Assembly (NCBI GenBank): GCA_963796275.1
Contig: CAWCKY010000001.1
Coordinates: 416,001 to 480,000, forward strand
Length of the DNA stretch: 64,000 bases
From: an uncultured Acidobacteriota bacterium
GTDB lineage: Bacteria > Acidobacteriota > Blastocatellia > RBC074
Direction of reading: 5' to 3'
Positions 1 through 10,932 of the stretch are shown in pieces (the first letter of the stretch is position 1; each line of letters starts with the position of its first letter). Below the pieces are notes generated by a model. The model was not told where the DNA came from. It worked only from the letters and a program-made list of their open reading frames with translations, and searched no databases. The position numbers were made by a program, and so were the translations under genes.

Positions 1-1476
1 AAACATCTCGAAGACACATCGCTCGACGAGATCAAAAAGTTGGCTGAAGGGCCGGACCGATTTGATTATTACTGCTGGGATTTGTACGTGCGCGTCGGTG
101 CCTGGTATGAAGCGGATAAATCGCGAAATGAGGTGCGCGCCCGAACTCTGCACGAGATCGAAGAAGCGGGAACGGAAACCGCAGAGATAGCCGAGTATAT
201 TTCCGCGCGCATAGTCGATTGCCATTTGAAGACGATGGAACGTTTGGATATCAGTTATGATTTGCTTCCGCGCGAACGGGAGATTTTAAATTTGCATTTC
301 TGGGCGCGCGCTTTTGAGAAATTGAAAGAGACGGGCGCCATCGTTTTCGAGACCGAAGGACGCAGCAAAGGTTGTTGGGTGATGAAGGCGGAAGAGACGG
401 CGAGACAGGGAAACGATGATGAAAATGAGAACGAGTATGATCCGGACAAAATTATCGTGCGCTCGAATGGCACGGTGACTTATACGGGCAAGGATATCGC
501 CTATCATCTCTGGAAGCTCGGCAAGCTGGGGCTCGATTTTCATTACAGACTGCTCCGCCGCGATCACCATGGCCGCGAGGTCTGGATCACCACGAGTGAT
601 GAGAAGGAATCCGTCTCCCCCCACCCGCCATTCGGCAATGGCACGGCATTCTTGAATGTGATAGACGTAGGACAATCGTACCCGCAAGCGAACGTCAAAC
701 GCGGCGTGATGGAGATCGACCACGACGAACAGGTTGCGCGCAGCGCCCATCTGGCTTACGAGAAGGTCAATCTCACCCCTGAAGCCGCAGCAGAGCTGGG
801 AGCGGAGCTCTCCGAGGCTGATGCCCAGCGCCGCCAGATCGGGATGTCCGGCCGCAAAGGGCTGGGGGTCAAGGCGGACGACCTGATCGATCGCCTCGAA
901 GCTGATGCGCTCAGGGAGGTGCAGGCGCGCCACCAGGATTTAAACGAGGCCAGCCAGAAATATATCGCGCACCAGATCGCCGTGGCCGCACTACGATATT
1001 TCCTGCTCAAATATACGCGCAGTTCGATCATCAATTTCGACTTCAAAGAGGCGTTGAGCTTCGATGGTGAAACCGGGCCGTACATTCAGTATGCCGCGGT
1101 CCGCGCAAACAATATTTTCAGAAAACTCGGGCGAAAACCGGATGAATTGCGCGATGATTTTGCCCAATATTCAAATGATCGTATCAATGAGTTCTTTTCG
1201 GGAGAGAGCGGAGACGATCTGTGGTCGTTGGTATACTTTGCCGCGCGCCTGGATGAAGTGACCGCGACGGCCGCCTCGGGCTTTGAGCCTACGCACGTTG
1301 CGAAGTATGCTTTTCAGTTGGCGAAGCAGTTCAATCTCTTCTACCATAATTATCATATCCTGAGCGAAGAGAATGAAACGCGGCGGATCCTGTTGTTGAT
1401 GGTCGCAGATGTGGCCCGGCGGAAATTGGAGCGGGCCTTGGCGTTGCTTGGAATTGAGACGCCGGAGAGGATGTAA
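1..1476 (+). CDS. argS: Arginyl-tRNA synthetase (5'-truncated by window edge)
   Basis: Frame open from base 1; motifs [23 protein letters not shown] (KMSKS-like), [15 protein letters not shown] and a C-terminal anticodon-binding end (LGIETPERM). Confidence 0.95.
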   Translation, partial: KHLEDTSLDEIKKLAEGPDRFDYYCWDLYVRVGAWYEADKSRNEVRARTLHEIEEAGTETAEIAEYISARIVDCHLKTMERLDISYDLLPREREILNLHFWARAFEKLKETGAIVFETEGRSKGCWVMKAEETARQGNDDENENEYDPDKIIVRSNGTVTYTGKDIAYHLWKLGKLGLDFHYRLLRRDHHGREVWITTSDEKESVSPHPPFGNGTAFLNVIDVGQSYPQANVKRGVMEIDHDEQVARSAHLAYEKVNLTPEAAAELGAELSEADAQRRQIGMSGRKGLGVKADDLIDRLEADALREVQARHQDLNEASQKYIAHQIAVAALRYFLLKYTRSSIINFDFKEALSFDGETGPYIQYAAVRANNIFRKLGRKPDELRDDFAQYSNDRINEFFSGESGDDLWSLVYFAARLDEVTATAASGFEPTHVAKYAFQLAKQFNLFYHNYHILSEENETRRILLLMVADVARRKLERALALLGIETPERM

Positions 1477-2519
1477 TGCTCATCGTAATGAAATCCGACG
1501 CGACGAACTCTGACATCGAGCGCGTCGTTGAAATAATCGACTCCATTGGTCTGAAAGCCCATCCGATGCCCGGGTCAAATCGGACAGCCATCGGTATCAT
1601 CGGGAACACGGGCGCGGTCGATCCCTCCCCGTTCGCCGATCTGCCGGGTGTTTCCGAATGCGTGCGCGTGACCAAGCCATATAAACTGGTAAGCCGCGAA
1701 TTGAAACCGGAAAAGACAGTTATAAAAATAGACGACGCCCGCATTGGCGGCGACGAGTTCGCCGTCATCGCCGGCGCTTGCGCCGTCGAATCGCGCGAGC
1801 AAACTATGATGACTGCCGAAGTCGTCGCGGAGATGGGCTGCCGTTTTTTCCGCGGCGGCGCATTCAAACCACGAACTTCGCCTTATGCCTTCCAGGGACT
1901 GGGCGAAGAGGGATTGAAAATACTCGCCGATGTGCGCGATCGATACGGATTGAAGATCGTGACCGAGGCTACGGATGAGCAGGCGCTCGATCTGACCGAG
2001 AGATACGCGGATGTGATCCAGATCGGCACGCGGAATATGCAGAACTTCAGCCTTCTCAGACGTGCCGGGCAGGTGCGCAAGCCGATCTTGCTCAAGCGCG
2101 GGATGGCTTCGACTATTGAAGAGTTCCTGCTCGCCGCCGAATACATAATGGCCGAAGGCAACTACCAGGTAATCTTATGCGAACGCGGCGTGCGCACATT
2201 TGCCAATCATTCGCGTTTCACGCTCGATCTTTCGCTCATTCCGGCAGTACAGCGTCTCTCACATCTTCCGATCATCATCGATCCGAGCCACTCCACCGGT
2301 AAACGCGAGAAAGTAATCCCGCTCTCGCGCGCCGGAGTCGCTGTCGGGGCGGATGGGTTGATCGTCGATGTCCATCCTTATCCCGAACGCGCGCTCTGCG
2401 ACGGGCCGCAGGCACTCCTGTTCGATATGTTCCGCGAGATGGTAGTACAGGTGCGCTCGATAGATGAGATCGTCAGACGCCATGCCGAGGTTCAGAGCAC
2501 TGCATTTGTAGGTGATTAG
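1476..2519 (+). CDS. aroF: 3-deoxy-7-phosphoheptulonate (DAHP) synthase, type I-beta with N-terminal ferredoxin-like regulatory domain
   Basis: [40 protein letters not shown] and DPSH motifs; TAATG overlap with the argS stop. Confidence 0.93.
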   Translation: MLIVMKSDATNSDIERVVEIIDSIGLKAHPMPGSNRTAIGIIGNTGAVDPSPFADLPGVSECVRVTKPYKLVSRELKPEKTVIKIDDARIGGDEFAVIAGACAVESREQTMMTAEVVAEMGCRFFRGGAFKPRTSPYAFQGLGEEGLKILADVRDRYGLKIVTEATDEQALDLTERYADVIQIGTRNMQNFSLLRRAGQVRKPILLKRGMASTIEEFLLAAEYIMAEGNYQVILCERGVRTFANHSRFTLDLSLIPAVQRLSHLPIIIDPSHSTGKREKVIPLSRAGVAVGADGLIVDVHPYPERALCDGPQALLFDMFREMVVQVRSIDEIVRRHAEVQSTAFVGD

Positions 2520-2528
2520 CCTGCCGAA

Positions 2529-2645
2529 GCGGATTACATTTATCATTTTACATTTGTAATTTTACATTTTTCATTGATTAGCCGCGAATCCAATTATCAA
2601 TGACAAATGTAGAATGATAAATGTAAAATGGTAAATGTAATCCGC
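2529..2645. repeat. 50-bp-arm imperfect inverted repeat made of 7-bp units (NNCATTT / AAATGNN); probable bidirectional terminator
   Basis: Arm 2529-2578 is the near reverse complement of 2596-2645; lies between convergent genes. Confidence 0.85.
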
Positions 2646-2651
2646 CTGAAC

Positions 2652-4934
2652 CTACTCAACTACAAAATTGACTCTCCGATGAGCTGTCGCCCTCGTCAAT
2701 CGGTCTATGGCCAACAATCTCAACTCATAATTGCCGGCATCGAATCCGCCGAGGGAGACCCGAGCTGCATAGGGCAGCCGCTGAAGATCGCCATCAGACG
2801 CCGGTGTGACTTTTGCCAGAGGAGAGGCATAGACCAGTTTGCTTCCCGAATAGACCTGCGACTGAATGACGACATCTGGTGAACCTTTTTTATCCGCTTT
2901 TGCGTTATAGACGAAGACCAGGAAATCAGCCTTGCCGCCACGCTTGTATCGCCTTATGGCCGCGGTGGGCCTGGGCTGATAGGTTTTCCCATCGTCTCCA
3001 TTCTGAGAGGACCCATCGTCCTCCGCCGCCGAGATAAATATACTGCTGAGCGCCAGCTGTTTCTTGGTCAAATCCGGAATCTCCACCCAGCAGGCTGCGC
3101 TTCCCAGCCGTGCGGTCCCTTCCTCGCGCAATGCAACTCTTGTTTGATAAAACCCCGGCTTGAGGGAAACATACTTCAGATAGTTGAACCCCTGTTTTAC
3201 TACCGCATCCAGCGAGCTCGGCTTCAAATTGATACTGAGACGCTCGCTGAAACTTTGTGCAATTTTTCCCCGTTCATCGAAGATCGCGCCGGTCAGATCG
3301 AGGGCTCCATTATGAAGCCCGTTCGCCTGCAGGAGTTCGAGGGCGCTGGCGTCGATGTGGGCAGTGATCATCGCGACGGGACCGCGATCGGCGATGTCAA
3401 TGAAATCGACCGACATCTCGAGAGGGATGTCACGCAAGGGGAAGAGTGATACCAATCCCGATCTGATTTGCGCCGCTTTGGCGGCCTTTGCTTGCTGCTC
3501 AGCTTTTTCTTTCTGTTTTTCAGAAAGTTTTTCGGCCTTCTTCTCTACTTTTTCTGATTTTTCTGTAGACGCTAAGTAGCCCTTACGCGTACGAACCTTC
3601 AGCTCCGGTCGGTCGGCGATGCGCACTTCGATCCGGTGAAAACGTCCATCGCGTCGCGATTCCGGAGGCTCATACGCCAGCACGTAATAAACCTCGTTGT
3701 CATCCAATACTCGTTGGAGCCCGAGATTGAGGTCGTTGTTGTTGATGACGAGAAAGCCGCCGGTATCTTGGGCGAGAGCGTTCATTCCATCACGCTTCGC
3801 CTCGATTGCTCTCTGCTCGATCCCCACTCGCGCACCTGGCAGCTCTGTGGCGAATGTCGCAGGCGCCGATGCATCCCCACCGGGCGGCGCGGCGATCAGC
3901 CCGCGCGCGTCGATCGAATAAATGACGACGCCCGAGCGCGTCGCGGCATCGATGATTCTTTGAATATCATAGACCTGTGAAGAGTTGTTTCCACCCAAAA
4001 AGAACCCGTCGGAGAGCAGGACCAACATCTTACGCCCCGTGAGCTGGCGCAGGCTGCGAATGACGCTGTCGAGCGTATCGAGCGTAGACCTAGTGTAGTG
4101 AGCGTTCTGAGCAACGATCAAACGCGCTTTCGATCTCGCCTGCTCCTCCGCCCGTTCCTGGGCCGATCCGCTTCCCATCGATCCTCCCCTCCCACCCCCT
4201 CCTCTCTGGGCCGGCACCGAGGGAGACTCAAGCCGCAAAATCTCTAATGCCGCCAATTCCAGCGCCTGGCGGTCTCCCCGGTCGATCAACTCCGCCTGGT
4301 AATCGGTGATGCGCGGCACGTCGAAGGAGTTGGTGACGGTGCGCGTCTGGACGGAGAGACGATCGACCGCTCGCTCAAGTATCGTACGATCTGTGGTGAA
4401 TTGTTGAAACAACCCGATATTGCCGCTCGTGGTGATAAAAGCTACCTGATCTCCCGCGACCATCTGATCATTGATGAACCGATGTAAAACTCGTTTGGCG
4501 ATCAACAGGTTTTCAGGCGCCAGATGAAAATCGTCTACCGCAATGACGATATAACGTTCGGCGCGAACCTCTGTCGAAGTTTGAGCGGCGCTGGCATCAC
4601 CCGCGATCGGTCTCCTTTCAGGTCTCAACCAGGTCGCCGGTTTGACGGATGTGCCGGCGGCAAAATGAGTGATCGGTTGTCGCTTCCCGTCCTCAAAAAG
4701 CTCGAAATCCTCGCGCCTCAAATCGCGAATGAGGCTCCCTTTTTTATCCGCCACTACAACGTCGATCTGAACCAGCTCGGTCTCAACTCTGAGGACTGCC
4801 TGATTCTTTTTTTCTTTATCGTTCTGTTCCTGTGGTTGTGTTGAAGATTGAGCCACCGCCGGATAAAAACTGAACACAATGAAGAGCGCGTAAAAACCAA
4901 TGATGGCGAGCTTCCTGGGCGGACTGAGATTCAT
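2652..4934 (-). CDS. Secreted VWA-domain protein (Acidobacteria-type VWFA-related family)
   Basis: Signal peptide; LVQIDVVVADKKG..DLRREDFELFEDGKRQPI; RKMLVLLSDGF; YSIDARGL; LAQDTGG; YYVLAYEP..DGRFHRIEV..VRTRKGY. Confidence 0.85.
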   Translation of the reverse strand: MNLSPPRKLAIIGFYALFIVFSFYPAVAQSSTQPQEQNDKEKKNQAVLRVETELVQIDVVVADKKGSLIRDLRREDFELFEDGKRQPITHFAAGTSVKPATWLRPERRPIAGDASAAQTSTEVRAERYIVIAVDDFHLAPENLLIAKRVLHRFINDQMVAGDQVAFITTSGNIGLFQQFTTDRTILERAVDRLSVQTRTVTNSFDVPRITDYQAELIDRGDRQALELAALEILRLESPSVPAQRGGGGRGGSMGSGSAQERAEEQARSKARLIVAQNAHYTRSTLDTLDSVIRSLRQLTGRKMLVLLSDGFFLGGNNSSQVYDIQRIIDAATRSGVVIYSIDARGLIAAPPGGDASAPATFATELPGARVGIEQRAIEAKRDGMNALAQDTGGFLVINNNDLNLGLQRVLDDNEVYYVLAYEPPESRRDGRFHRIEVRIADRPELKVRTRKGYLASTEKSEKVEKKAEKLSEKQKEKAEQQAKAAKAAQIRSGLVSLFPLRDIPLEMSVDFIDIADRGPVAMITAHIDASALELLQANGLHNGALDLTGAIFDERGKIAQSFSERLSINLKPSSLDAVVKQGFNYLKYVSLKPGFYQTRVALREEGTARLGSAACWVEIPDLTKKQLALSSIFISAAEDDGSSQNGDDGKTYQPRPTAAIRRYKRGGKADFLVFVYNAKADKKGSPDVVIQSQVYSGSKLVYASPLAKVTPASDGDLQRLPYAARVSLGGFDAGNYELRLLAIDRLTRATAHRRVNFVVE

Positions 4935-5065
4935 ATGAGCGGTCCCCGTTTGATTTTGCCTGACTGCCTGGTATAACTTTTTGGATAAGATATAACAATT
5001 TTATCATCTTTGGACGCTGAAGGGATGTTTGTGACCGCGGATTCAATCTCCGGCCGAGGTTTTTC

Positions 5066-5092
5066 GGAACTTTTTATAAGCTCTGTAGGTAA
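5066..5092 (+). promoter_or_regulatory. Possible ECF (sigmaE-like) promoter for htrA
   Basis: GGAACTTT followed about 17 nt later by GGTAA, upstream of an HtrA gene; motif match only. Confidence 0.3.
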
Positions 5093-5166
5093 TTTTCTTT
5101 GTGAGATATTCCCACAGGCGCCATTTAGTAATTTCAAATAATGAGCATGGAAGGAGCGAGATTGCG

Positions 5167-6363
5167 ATGAAGACATCTTATGAGATCACTGCCAAACAAA
5201 TGGTTATACTCGCACTTGTAACAGCGTTCTTTGCGGCGACCGCGGTTGTCCTATACGATCGCTTCGGTGCTGAGTTACTCGGAAAAATGGTGGGAGCGAA
5301 ACCTGGGGCTACGATCGGAACCGGATCTATTGAGGGTTTGACGGACCCGTCGGTTGCCACTGATGAAAAGAACAATCAGGAGGTCTATAAGGCATTGAGC
5401 CCTGGAGTTGTAAACATCACCTCGACTGTTATCCTGCGCGATTGGTTTTATGAGGCTTATCCAAAAGAGGGATCGGGGTCGGGCTCGATTATCGACAAAG
5501 AGGGTCGAATCCTGACCAATAACCATGTGATTGAAGGTGCCCAAAAGCTCGTCGTCACCCTGTCAAATAAAAAGGAGTATGAGGCGAAAGTGCTCGATGC
5601 CGATTCTGACAACGATCTGGCGGTAATAAAAATCGACGCGCCGGCCGAGGAGTTAACGGCAGTCCCACTGGGCAATTCGAAAGATGTGTTCGTCGGTCAG
5701 AAAGTTTTGGCGATCGGTAACCCGTTCGGTTTGGATCGGACGCTCACCACTGGCGTTGTCTCCGGTCTTTCGCGCCCGGTTCGGTCCGAATCAAATCGCC
5801 TGATCGAGGGAGTGATTCAGACCGATGCCGCAATCAATCCCGGTAATTCGGGTGGCCCGCTGCTGAACTCACGCGGTCAGATGATTGGGATAAATACATT
5901 GATTTACAGCCCATCGGGCGGCTCGGTCGGCATCGGATTCGCCGTGCCCGTCGATACGGCAAAACGCGTAATCAATGATGTCCTGCAATACGGGCACGTC
6001 CGTAAACCCAAACTCGGCATTACCTCTTTGCAAATAACCCCTGGTCTCGTGCGAGAGCTGAATCTGCCTGTGAGTGAAGGGATGCTCATAGCCGAAGTGC
6101 TGCGAGGAGGCTCCGCAGAGAAGGCTGGCATTCAAGGCGCAACTTCTCAGGTTCGGATCGGAAGATATGTGATCCCGGTGGGCGGAGACATACTCGTCAG
6201 CATTGACGGGCAGCCCATCAAATCACAGGACGATCTCTATCGAGTGGTCAACAACAAAAACATTGGTGATCGAGTGCAGCTCGAGGTCGTGCGTGGCAGC
6301 CGCAGAATGAATGTAACATTGCAGTTAGACGAGCTGCCTCCCACCGGAAGAAGACGTGTTTAA
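5167..6363 (+). CDS. HtrA/DegP-family trypsin-like serine protease with one PDZ domain, N-terminal membrane anchor
   Basis: Triad motifs TNNHV, DLAV and [15 protein letters not shown]; C-terminal PDZ; GAAGGAG upstream of the ATG at 5167. Confidence 0.93.
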   Translation: MKTSYEITAKQMVILALVTAFFAATAVVLYDRFGAELLGKMVGAKPGATIGTGSIEGLTDPSVATDEKNNQEVYKALSPGVVNITSTVILRDWFYEAYPKEGSGSGSIIDKEGRILTNNHVIEGAQKLVVTLSNKKEYEAKVLDADSDNDLAVIKIDAPAEELTAVPLGNSKDVFVGQKVLAIGNPFGLDRTLTTGVVSGLSRPVRSESNRLIEGVIQTDAAINPGNSGGPLLNSRGQMIGINTLIYSPSGGSVGIGFAVPVDTAKRVINDVLQYGHVRKPKLGITSLQITPGLVRELNLPVSEGMLIAEVLRGGSAEKAGIQGATSQVRIGRYVIPVGGDILVSIDGQPIKSQDDLYRVVNNKNIGDRVQLEVVRGSRRMNVTLQLDELPPTGRRRV

Positions 6364-6391
6364 TCTCTGACAGATTTGATTCATGACAAAT

Positions 6392-6486
6392 TACAAAAAT
6401 AAAAAACAACAAAGGGGCAGGGGAGGAAGTTATCTCGTCTTTCTCCCCCGCTCCTTTGTTGTTTTTGCTCTTTTCGTGATTTTTGG
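6392..6486. terminator. Long imperfect hairpin with roughly 9-bp periodic A-rich/T-rich arms between convergent genes
   Basis: aaaaacaacaaaggggcagggga ... tcccccgctcctttgttgttttt. Confidence 0.7.
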
Positions 6487-6497
6487 GCTGAAAGTTT

Positions 6498-7028
6498 CTA
6501 CTTAGCTTTAAACGAACGCGCTATAGCATCTGTCTGATTTCTCAAGGGACTCAGCGTATTCTTCCGGCCCGTAAAACGCAGGATGTATATCGATTTCTCG
6601 CCTGTTCGCACATAATAATTGCGCCCGGTGAACGGCTGCCCCGAAGAGTTCTTGTAGTCGTATGCGAGAAGCGCACCGAGTTTGCCTCCGGGGAGCGCGA
6701 ATTTTTCGATGCTCAGCCTGTCGTACGCAGGCAGATACTGGACTACGGACTGTTCATCCTGCTTGGCGAATTCGAACACTTGCAGATCGGAACTGGCGTC
6801 GTCGATTTTCCGAAATTTGAGCGCTCCGTTTTCACGGATCCTGTAGACGATGTTGACATCATTTCGTCCCAGACTGTCCTGGTTAACGACCGCTATCCAT
6901 CCAGCCGGCAGCGTCACCGTGTACTCGCCGTCAGGGTCATCGAAAACTTCCTGCGCATTTGCAGCGGCTGAAAAAATTAAGAGAAGAATTGTGAGGAAGA
7001 TCAGGCGGTTAAATGAGCAAGCTATCAA
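6498..7028 (-). CDS. Hypothetical secreted protein (PsbP/DUF1795-like appearance)
   Basis: TTG start overlapping the rph stop (TTGA) after GAAGGAG; signal peptide ending AANA-Q; YTVTLPAGW motif. Confidence 0.65.
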   Translation of the reverse strand: MIACSFNRLIFLTILLLIFSAAANAQEVFDDPDGEYTVTLPAGWIAVVNQDSLGRNDVNIVYRIRENGALKFRKIDDASSDLQVFEFAKQDEQSVVQYLPAYDRLSIEKFALPGGKLGALLAYDYKNSSGQPFTGRNYYVRTGEKSIYILRFTGRKNTLSPLRNQTDAIARSFKAK

Positions 7029-7855
7029 GATGCATTCTCCTTCCAATTGATTCGACCGCGCGAAGAAGGGTCCATCATCACGCGTATGTTTTTCCCATCG
7101 AGTGCTCGGACGAGCGTGTCCTGCTGGATTGCAATTAAACTTTCTACCCCGGTTTCGGCAGCCGCGATCATCTCGTCCATCTGGGAGCGAGTAAATGCTT
7201 CGGTCTCCGCTGTCCCCTGAATCTCGACGAAACGGCCATCGCCTGTCCGCACAACATTCATATCGACATCGGCGGAGGAATCTTCGCCATAATCCAGGTC
7301 GAGAAGCATGCACCCACCCACGATCCCGACGCTCACTGCGGCGACATAGTCACGAAGCATGGCGCGTTCCAATTTGCCCTCTTCCATATATTTATTCAGG
7401 GCCAGCGCGAGCGCGACAAAACCACCGGTGATCGAAGCAGTTCGGGTGCCGCCATCAGCCTGAATCACGTCGCAGTCGACGGTGACGGTACGTTCGCCGA
7501 CCGCTGACATATCGATAATCGAACGCAGGCTACGGCCTATCAGACGCTGAATCTCCTGGGTTCGCCCTGATGGACCGCCACGTCCGATTTCGCGCTGCGT
7601 GCGCGTCTCTGTCGCGCGAGGCAGCATGGCATATTCCGCCGTCACCCAGCCAACTCCTTTGCCTTTCAAGAATGAAGGGATGCGCTCTTCCACGGTAGCT
7701 GTGCAAACGACGCGGGTGTGTCCCATCTCGATCAGGACTGAGCCTTCCGCATATTTAGTATATCCAGGCGTCATCTTTACCGGCCGAAGCTCCGATGACG
7801 CGCGTCCATTCGAACGGGTCTCTGCTTTTTCTTTATTATGTTTCAAGTCTGTCAC
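7025..7855 (-). CDS. rph: Ribonuclease PH
   Basis: [66 protein letters not shown]. Confidence 0.97.
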   Translation of the reverse strand: MTDLKHNKEKAETRSNGRASSELRPVKMTPGYTKYAEGSVLIEMGHTRVVCTATVEERIPSFLKGKGVGWVTAEYAMLPRATETRTQREIGRGGPSGRTQEIQRLIGRSLRSIIDMSAVGERTVTVDCDVIQADGGTRTASITGGFVALALALNKYMEEGKLERAMLRDYVAAVSVGIVGGCMLLDLDYGEDSSADVDMNVVRTGDGRFVEIQGTAETEAFTRSQMDEMIAAAETGVESLIAIQQDTLVRALDGKNIRVMMDPSSRGRINWKENAS

Positions 7856-8664
7856 TTCCCCACAATTCTACGGCCTCCAGATGCTCCAGAGGCTCACCAA
7901 GTATTCTCTCCGCGATACGATGAAATCGCTTTGCCGCATCAGTGACATAGAACCGATAAATGGCCTCATCCCCGGTTTGATTGAGCAATCCCTCTCTTTC
8001 GAGCAATTGCGCCGTCTCTTCCGCAGTTGCCTCCGCCGAATCAACCAGAATCACTTTGCCCCCTATCGTTTCACCGATGACGCGTTTGAGCAAGGGATAA
8101 TGGGTGCAACCGAGCACGAGCGTATCGATCTTCTGCTCGCGCAGCGGGGCAAGGTACTGTTCAGCCACCAGGCGCGCGATCTGCGAATCGGTCTCGCCTT
8201 CTTCGACGAGCGGAACAAAGAGCGGGCAGGCGCGCGCGAAGATTTCAGCTTTCCTCTCTCCGATCGATTCTTCAATCGCGTGGTCGTACGCTTTACTTTC
8301 AATCGTCGCTTCAGTGGCTATCACCCCGATGCGGTCCGACCGCGTGACGCGCGCGGCCATCCTCGCTCCGGGACCCAGCACGGTCAATAACGGGAGATCG
8401 AACTCCCGCCGCAGTCTTTCGCGTGACATTGCCGATGCCGTGTTACAGGCGACCACGATCATCTTCACACCTTTGTCTACAAGAAATGCCGCATCCTCGA
8501 TAGCATAACGTTCGATTGTCTCCCGGGATTTAGTCCCGTAGGGTACGCGAGCGGTGTCGCCCAGATAAATGACGCTTTCACTCGGCAGGCGCCTGCGAAC
8601 AGCGCGCAACACCGTCAAGCCGCCTACACCGGAATCGAAGATGCCAATCGGCAGGGATACTCAT
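7836..8664 (-). CDS. murI: Glutamate racemase; apparent +1 frameshift a few codons after the start
   Basis: [25 protein letters not shown] and LGCTHYP motifs; the ATG at 8664 is one base out of frame (ATG AGT ATC C CTG CCG). Confidence 0.92.
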
Positions 8665-8677
8665 CGTGGAAAAGCAA

Positions 8678-8774
8678 AAGGCAAAATGATAATTGATAGT
8701 TGATAACTGATAATTCGTACCCACTGGGGCGACAATTTATACGAATTATCAATTATTAATTATCATTTTGCCTT
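8678..8774. repeat. GATAATT-heptamer palindromic element (REP/MITE-like) at the tmRNA 3' end
   Basis: aaggcaaaat(gataatt)n cgta ... tacgaatt(atcaatt)n ttttgcctt; the loop is the near reverse complement of the loop at about 13108-13127. Confidence 0.8.
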
Positions 8775-8779
8775 GCAAG

Positions 8780-9142
<363 letters not shown>

Positions 9143-9320
9143 ATCGAAGGTTTACACAGGTTTACACCTGGTCGCGAACATCTTAGAGTTTACGTGGATG
9201 GTTTGAGTAGTGTCAAGAAACCATCAATACATAGCTAATAACGATTAACTATAAATTTTCGTTGTGATTCTCGTGGTGAACCTTCTCACCGGATTTATGA
9301 ACCATCTTCATTCAATTGCG

Positions 9321-10841
9321 ATGAATTCTCAGACAAAACTGGTTTGTGTGCCTATCACCGAAACATCCGTTGACAAGTGTTTTGCTGCCATTGCTGATTC
9401 CGAGCGGCTCGCCGATATCATAGAACTGCGGCTCGACTATTTCTCCGCCGCAACTTTGCCGCTAGTGATTGCCGAATTAGAGGCGCGCATCCGGCAGATC
9501 AGCAAACCGCTGATCATAACATTTCGCCCGCGCGAGCAAGGCGGCAAGCGAGATCTGACTCTACCAGACAGGCAGAGCTTCTGGCGCAACTTGCCGCCGG
9601 GGATCGTCCAGGCAACAGCGTTCGCCGATTTCGAATTCGATCTGGCGGAGATCTTCGCCGAAGCATCGCCGATCCCCTGGAGCAAGATCATCTGCTCCTG
9701 GCACGACGTCGATGAAACTCCGGCAGATCTCTTCGAAATTTATGAACGAATTGCCGCCACTCCCGCCGCGGTCGTCAAAATCGCCACCCGGGTTAACCGA
9801 ATCGGCGATTGCCTGCAACTCATCGATTTAATCGAACGAAAATCTGCCAATAAACCGATCATTGTGCTGGGCATGGATATGCCGGGGTTGATGACGCGCG
9901 TCCTCGCATTGTCGCGCGGAGCGATGCTCACCTTCGGCGCACTGAGACGCGGTGCAGAGAGCGCGAGCGGGCAGCCGACCCTCACAGAGTTAAAAGATCT
10001 CTATCGGGTCGACCGGCTCACGCGCGACAGCGAAGTCTTCGGGGTCATCGGAAACCCAATCGGCCATTCGCGCTCACCCTTGATACACAACGCTATATTG
10101 AAAGCTCTGGGCCGTAACGGCGTCTATTTACCGTTCGAGGTCGATTCCGCGGCCGACTTCGTGCGCGAATTCGTGCGGCCCGCAACCAGAAAGATCGATT
10201 GGCGTTTGCGCGGTTTGAGCGTTACCATCCCTCACAAACTGGCCATCACTACATACCTTGATTCGATCGATCCGACTGCTCAGCGCATCGGAGCGGTCAA
10301 CACCGTAGTCATCGAAGGCGAACGTTTACTCGGTCACAATACGGATGTGATCGGCGCCATGAAACCTCTGGTCGAATTAATAGACATCAAGGGAGCGCGG
10401 GCGGCTGTGATCGGTGCGGGAGGCTCCGCGCGCGCAATCTGCTATGGGCTGGGCGAACGCGGAGCTCACGCGACCGTCTATGCGCGCGATCCGCAAAAGG
10501 CGAAACGGCTGGCCGATGAGTTCAAGACCCGAGCCGGAACGATCGACGGCTTCGATGGGCAAGCCGATCTGGTCGTCAATTGCACGCCTATCGGAATGGC
10601 CGGGCACAGCGAAGGCCAATCCCCGTTGAGGCCTGAACAATTGCGCGGCGTTAAAATCGTATATGACCTGATCTACAATCCCGATGATACCGTATTGCTG
10701 CGCGACGCCCGCGCAGCGGGGTGCCGGACGCTCGCGGGGCTGGCGATGCTGGTTGGACAGGCGGCGGAGCAATTCCGATTGTGGACCGGAATTGATCCGC
10801 CGGTTGACGTGATGTGGCGCGCCGTCTCGAGCAGGGATTAA
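9321..10841 (+). CDS. aroDE: Bifunctional type I 3-dehydroquinate dehydratase / shikimate dehydrogenase (AroD-AroE fusion)
   Basis: N-terminal ELRLD..TFRPREQGG and SASGQ; C-terminal GNPIGHSRSP, SVTIPHK, GAVNT, NTD, GAGGSAR, NCTPIGM, YDLIYNP, QAAEQF. Confidence 0.92.
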   Translation: MNSQTKLVCVPITETSVDKCFAAIADSERLADIIELRLDYFSAATLPLVIAELEARIRQISKPLIITFRPREQGGKRDLTLPDRQSFWRNLPPGIVQATAFADFEFDLAEIFAEASPIPWSKIICSWHDVDETPADLFEIYERIAATPAAVVKIATRVNRIGDCLQLIDLIERKSANKPIIVLGMDMPGLMTRVLALSRGAMLTFGALRRGAESASGQPTLTELKDLYRVDRLTRDSEVFGVIGNPIGHSRSPLIHNAILKALGRNGVYLPFEVDSAADFVREFVRPATRKIDWRLRGLSVTIPHKLAITTYLDSIDPTAQRIGAVNTVVIEGERLLGHNTDVIGAMKPLVELIDIKGARAAVIGAGGSARAICYGLGERGAHATVYARDPQKAKRLADEFKTRAGTIDGFDGQADLVVNCTPIGMAGHSEGQSPLRPEQLRGVKIVYDLIYNPDDTVLLRDARAAGCRTLAGLAMLVGQAAEQFRLWTGIDPPVDVMWRAVSSRD

Positions 10842-10932
10842 CCAACAAGATTCTAGGGTTTTTCAGGATCGACCTTTACATCTATAATTCCCCCATACGC
10901 GCTTGCCCTAATGTCGAGAGAGGAACATAAAA

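Noticed and set aside
7029-7313. N-terminal extension of ORF 6498-7313
   Set aside because: It overlaps rph; a TTG start with RBS and signal peptide at 7028 fits better
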